Shown one piece after another: positions 61,279 to 64,000 of a DNA stretch of 64,000 nt; positions within the stretch are counted from its first letter, which is position 1, and each line of letters begins with the position of its first letter. The DNA lies in contig JBKJIT010000003.1 in NCBI GenBank assembly GCA_046598345.1, forward strand, positions 73,023 to 137,022, written 5' to 3'. This DNA is from Minisyncoccia bacterium (GTDB taxonomy: Bacteria > Patescibacteriota > Minisyncoccia > Phycocordibacterales > UBA918). The position numbers and the translations under genes were made by a program. A model generated the notes under the pieces. That model was not told the origin of the DNA and searched no databases. It saw only the letters and a program-made list of their open reading frames with translations.

Positions 61279-61596
61279 ATGAAGATTAAAAAGAAAGACA
61301 CAGTTATCATCACAGCTGGAAAGGACAAAGGAAAGTCCGGCACGGTGATTCGTGCGTTCCCAAAAAAGGACATGGTGCTCATTGAAGGAGTGAATGTGCA
61401 AACACATCACGAAAAATCAAAGCGCCGTGGCCAGCAGGGGCAGATTGTAGTGCGCCCTACTCCAATTCACGTATCGAATGTGGCACTGAAGCACGGAAAG
61501 GAAGGGAAGGGCGTGCGCATTGGATACGTAATGGAGAAAGACGGTGCGAAGATGAAAAAGGTGCGCGTCGCGCGACCGAGTGGAGACAAAGTATAA
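61279..61596 (+). CDS. rplX: 50S ribosomal protein L24
   Basis: IKK.D.V...AGKDKGK.G, EGVN, PIHVSNV. Confidence 0.96.
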   Translation: MKIKKKDTVIITAGKDKGKSGTVIRAFPKKDMVLIEGVNVQTHHEKSKRRGQQGQIVVRPTPIHVSNVALKHGKEGKGVRIGYVMEKDGAKMKKVRVARPSGDKV

Positions 61597-61622
61597 TTTT
61601 AGTAAGTATTTAAAGAGAACGT

Positions 61623-62183
61623 ATGGCAAAGACATTTACCACAATGAAGGAAAAAATGGAATCGGTGTATCCTTCACTCCGAGAGTCTTTTGCGTACAAG
61701 AACAAGATGCAGGCACCACGCATCATGAAAATGATCGTTTCAACGGGTGTTGGAAAAATTTCAGATAAGCATAAGCGAGAACTCATTCAGAATCGGCTTG
61801 CACAGATTACAGGGCAGAAGACGGTTGAGCGACGTGCAAAGAAATCTATTGCGACATTCAAGCTCCGAGAAGGTGATGTGGTTGGGTATCAAGTAACGCT
61901 CCGTGGTCCACGCATGCGCACATTCCTTGATAAGCTCATTCACCTGGCACTTCCACAGACGCGTGACTTTCGAGGTCTCCCGATTTCAGCTATTGATGAG
62001 ATGGGTAACTACACTCTCGGTATTAAAGAGCACACGATCTTCCCTGAGACGGCTGACGAGGAAATCAAGAATGTATTTGGATTCGGGATCACAATTGTGA
62101 CAACTGCGAAGACTAAGAAGGAAGCAGAGGCGCTCCTCACGCACATTGGACTTCCACTTCGAGACAAGTCGACCAAGAAGTAA
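61623..62183 (+). CDS. rplE: 50S ribosomal protein L5
   Basis: ITGQK, AKKSIA.FKLREG, VTLRG, RDFRG, GNYTLGIKE. Confidence 0.97.
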   Translation: MAKTFTTMKEKMESVYPSLRESFAYKNKMQAPRIMKMIVSTGVGKISDKHKRELIQNRLAQITGQKTVERRAKKSIATFKLREGDVVGYQVTLRGPRMRTFLDKLIHLALPQTRDFRGLPISAIDEMGNYTLGIKEHTIFPETADEEIKNVFGFGITIVTTAKTKKEAEALLTHIGLPLRDKSTKK

Positions 62184-62330
62184 TGAGAAAAGAAAAAACT
62201 CGATCGAAAAGCTCGAGTTTTTTAGACCTAACAGTGTATTGACATTATTTGTTTTAGTTGTATGATCACTCTCAGTAGCACCTCCCGCAGCCACATGGCT
62301 ACGGGAAATGTAGTTCTAAGGAGATGAATC

Positions 62331-63116
62331 ATGCAAGTGCACATTGATGTACCGGAGTCACTTCAAACGGCGTGGCCAGAAAGTTTGGGGCCCCAGGATA
62401 CGGCCATCGCACGGGCCAAGCAGCGTGTCCGTGAGCATTTTGTGAAAGACCAGCCACAAAAGGTCGTTGTTTCACTTGTTGGGAAATACGATGCATGCAC
62501 AAGTGATCCTTGTGCGGTGTGGCCTATCCCGACAAGTGGCGAGGAAAACGAACCTACGTACTCAGTCTCTCTCGAGGGCAAGCTTGGCCTCCAGTGCACG
62601 ATCGTCGTCGATGAACTTACGTCAGTTCGGACGAAGAACATGATCACGAATCAACACGTTCCTCGAAGTCCCATGTCTCCGGTACTCCGCCAACAACGCC
62701 AGCCGGCACAGCCACCACAGCATAACGGGGTTCAGCCTACCCAAATTGGCCAGAATTACAGCCCTAACGGTTCGACGGTGGCACATGTGAACGGCAAAGC
62801 GTTCGATTTCGATGGGGTGCCGCTCCTTTGTACGGAAGTAAGTACCGCCATGAAATCTCGTGGCGGCGACGCGTACCAGAAGGCTGAGGTTCTACGGAAA
62901 CGAGTGGAGGAAGCGCATCAAGACGTTGACAAGAAAATCCAGGCGGCTCTCGACGCCGAAGTCGAACTGACGAAGCTTGAAGCCGAGTTGCGGGTAGCGG
63001 AAGACCATGTCCGCTCCCATATTCCTCCCAGAATAATTACAGAGTTGATGCGAAGGCACCTTGAACGAATCAAACCGCCGACACCAGAAATGCCGGCGGA
63101 AGCTACCCTTCAATAA
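62331..63116 (+). CDS. Orphan protein with Q/P-rich linker and coiled coil (cassette)
   Basis: TTGACA-16-TATGAT (62239-62266), AAGGAG SD, terminator 63142-63172. Confidence 0.7.
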   Translation: MQVHIDVPESLQTAWPESLGPQDTAIARAKQRVREHFVKDQPQKVVVSLVGKYDACTSDPCAVWPIPTSGEENEPTYSVSLEGKLGLQCTIVVDELTSVRTKNMITNQHVPRSPMSPVLRQQRQPAQPPQHNGVQPTQIGQNYSPNGSTVAHVNGKAFDFDGVPLLCTEVSTAMKSRGGDAYQKAEVLRKRVEEAHQDVDKKIQAALDAEVELTKLEAELRVAEDHVRSHIPPRIITELMRRHLERIKPPTPEMPAEATLQ

Positions 63117-63173
63117 GGGCTTGCGCTCGTATATCCACTTGAATCCCGGACAAACACGTCCGGGATTTTTTTA

Positions 63174-63202
63174 TTGACTCAAGTAGGTGTTTCTGGTATA
63201 TT
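63174..63202 (+). promoter_or_regulatory. Internal promoter for rpsN-rpsH
   Basis: TTGACT-17-TATATT. Confidence 0.65.
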
Positions 63203-63430
63203 CACCCCGTAGCGATATTCGCCTACTCTCGGTTTTGCGGGGTACAGGATGGCTCAAGTGAGCCAAAAGTACTTACGCAAATGAGGACGCGCCGATCATC
63301 TGGCTTTGCTAGAGACGGAAAGCGAGTCTTACGTAGTGCGTGAGGAGAGTGTAGTCACTGATTCGCAGTGAAACAGCTCACCGGTTACATATTTATTCAT
63401 GTTTGGGGAACCAAACTAACCATTTGATTA

Positions 63431-63616
63431 ATGGCAAGAAAATCAGTACTACTTCGTGCACTCCGTGCACCAAAGTTCAAGAGCCGCGTCGTACGACGTT
63501 GCTATCGCTGCGGTCGTAAGCGAGCCTATATGCGCGACTTCGATTTGTGTCGCATCTGCTTCCGTGAAGCAGCGAACGAAGGTCTTATTCCCGGAATTAA
63601 GAAATCATCATGGTAA
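63431..63616 (+). CDS. rpsN: 30S ribosomal protein S14, zinc-binding type Z
   Basis: [21 protein letters not shown]. Confidence 0.96.
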   Translation: MARKSVLLRALRAPKFKSRVVRRCYRCGRKRAYMRDFDLCRICFREAANEGLIPGIKKSSW

Positions 63617-64000
63617 ACGATCCTGTAGGAGATTTTATCATCCAGCTTAAGAACGCTGGCATGGTGCGAAAGGAAGCAGTTAGCGTGCCTTACTCAAAAC
63701 TGAAAGCTGCAATTGCGGAGAAGCTTCTTGCAGTTGGGTACATCGGGGCTATCGCAAAGCATGGCAAGAAAGTGAAAAAGACGCTCGACGTAACCCTCAA
63801 GTATGACAAGGATGGTATCCATGTAATGCAGGGAGTGAAACGATCGTCAAAGCCAGGACGTCGCATGTACCTGGGTGTTCAAGACATTTTCCCTGTGAAG
63901 TTCGGAAAGGGAGAACGAATTCTCTCAACGCCGCTTGGAATTCTTACCGGCAAGGAGGCTCGTGAGAAGAACGTCGGAGGAGAAGAACTCTTTATCATTT
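63610..64000 (+). CDS. rpsH: 30S ribosomal protein S8 (runs off the window end)
   Basis: Translated by hand: [53 protein letters not shown]. Confidence 0.95.
   Translation, partial: MVNDPVGDFIIQLKNAGMVRKEAVSVPYSKLKAAIAEKLLAVGYIGAIAKHGKKVKKTLDVTLKYDKDGIHVMQGVKRSSKPGRRMYLGVQDIFPVKFGKGERILSTPLGILTGKEAREKNVGGEELFII

Overview
This window looks like a chromosomal segment of a Patescibacteria/CPR bacterium (Parcubacteria-like). That call is inferred from gene content, SD-less core genes, tRNAs without encoded CCA and a trigger factor lacking the PPIase domain. Core content: xth, cca, four tRNAs (Arg-TCG, Gly-GCC, Pro-TGG, Gly-TCC), a parS cluster across yraN, an ECF sigma/anti-sigma pair, hup, rny, clpP, tig, ppa, nusA, a type IV pilus operon, tpiA-pgk, recJ-rnhA, a split comEC, and the str/S10/spc ribosomal cluster broken into at least six separately promoted pieces. 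Three observations stand out. (1) A covarying multi-stem intergenic motif (AAR-long hairpin-RNACWG-NNNC[TGYAA]GNNN) occurs in 8 copies. Behind tRNAs its closing stem is customised: an antisense copy plus a direct copy of that tRNA's T-arm/3' end. It sits among two other structured repeat families, one of which is a ~123-bp AG...CT hairpin starting in TAG stop codons. (2) About 12 self-contained cassettes (promoter, mostly strong Shine-Dalgarno, ORF, terminator) are scattered through an otherwise SD-less or leaderless genome. They include a proteobacterial-type Hfq, a sigma70-region-4/alpha-CTD fusion, a His-to-Asn SixA-like pseudo-phosphatase and three pairs of divergent orphan paralogs. (3) There are several promoter-bounded, highly structured ncRNA candidates. 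All calls were made by eye, with no database searches.
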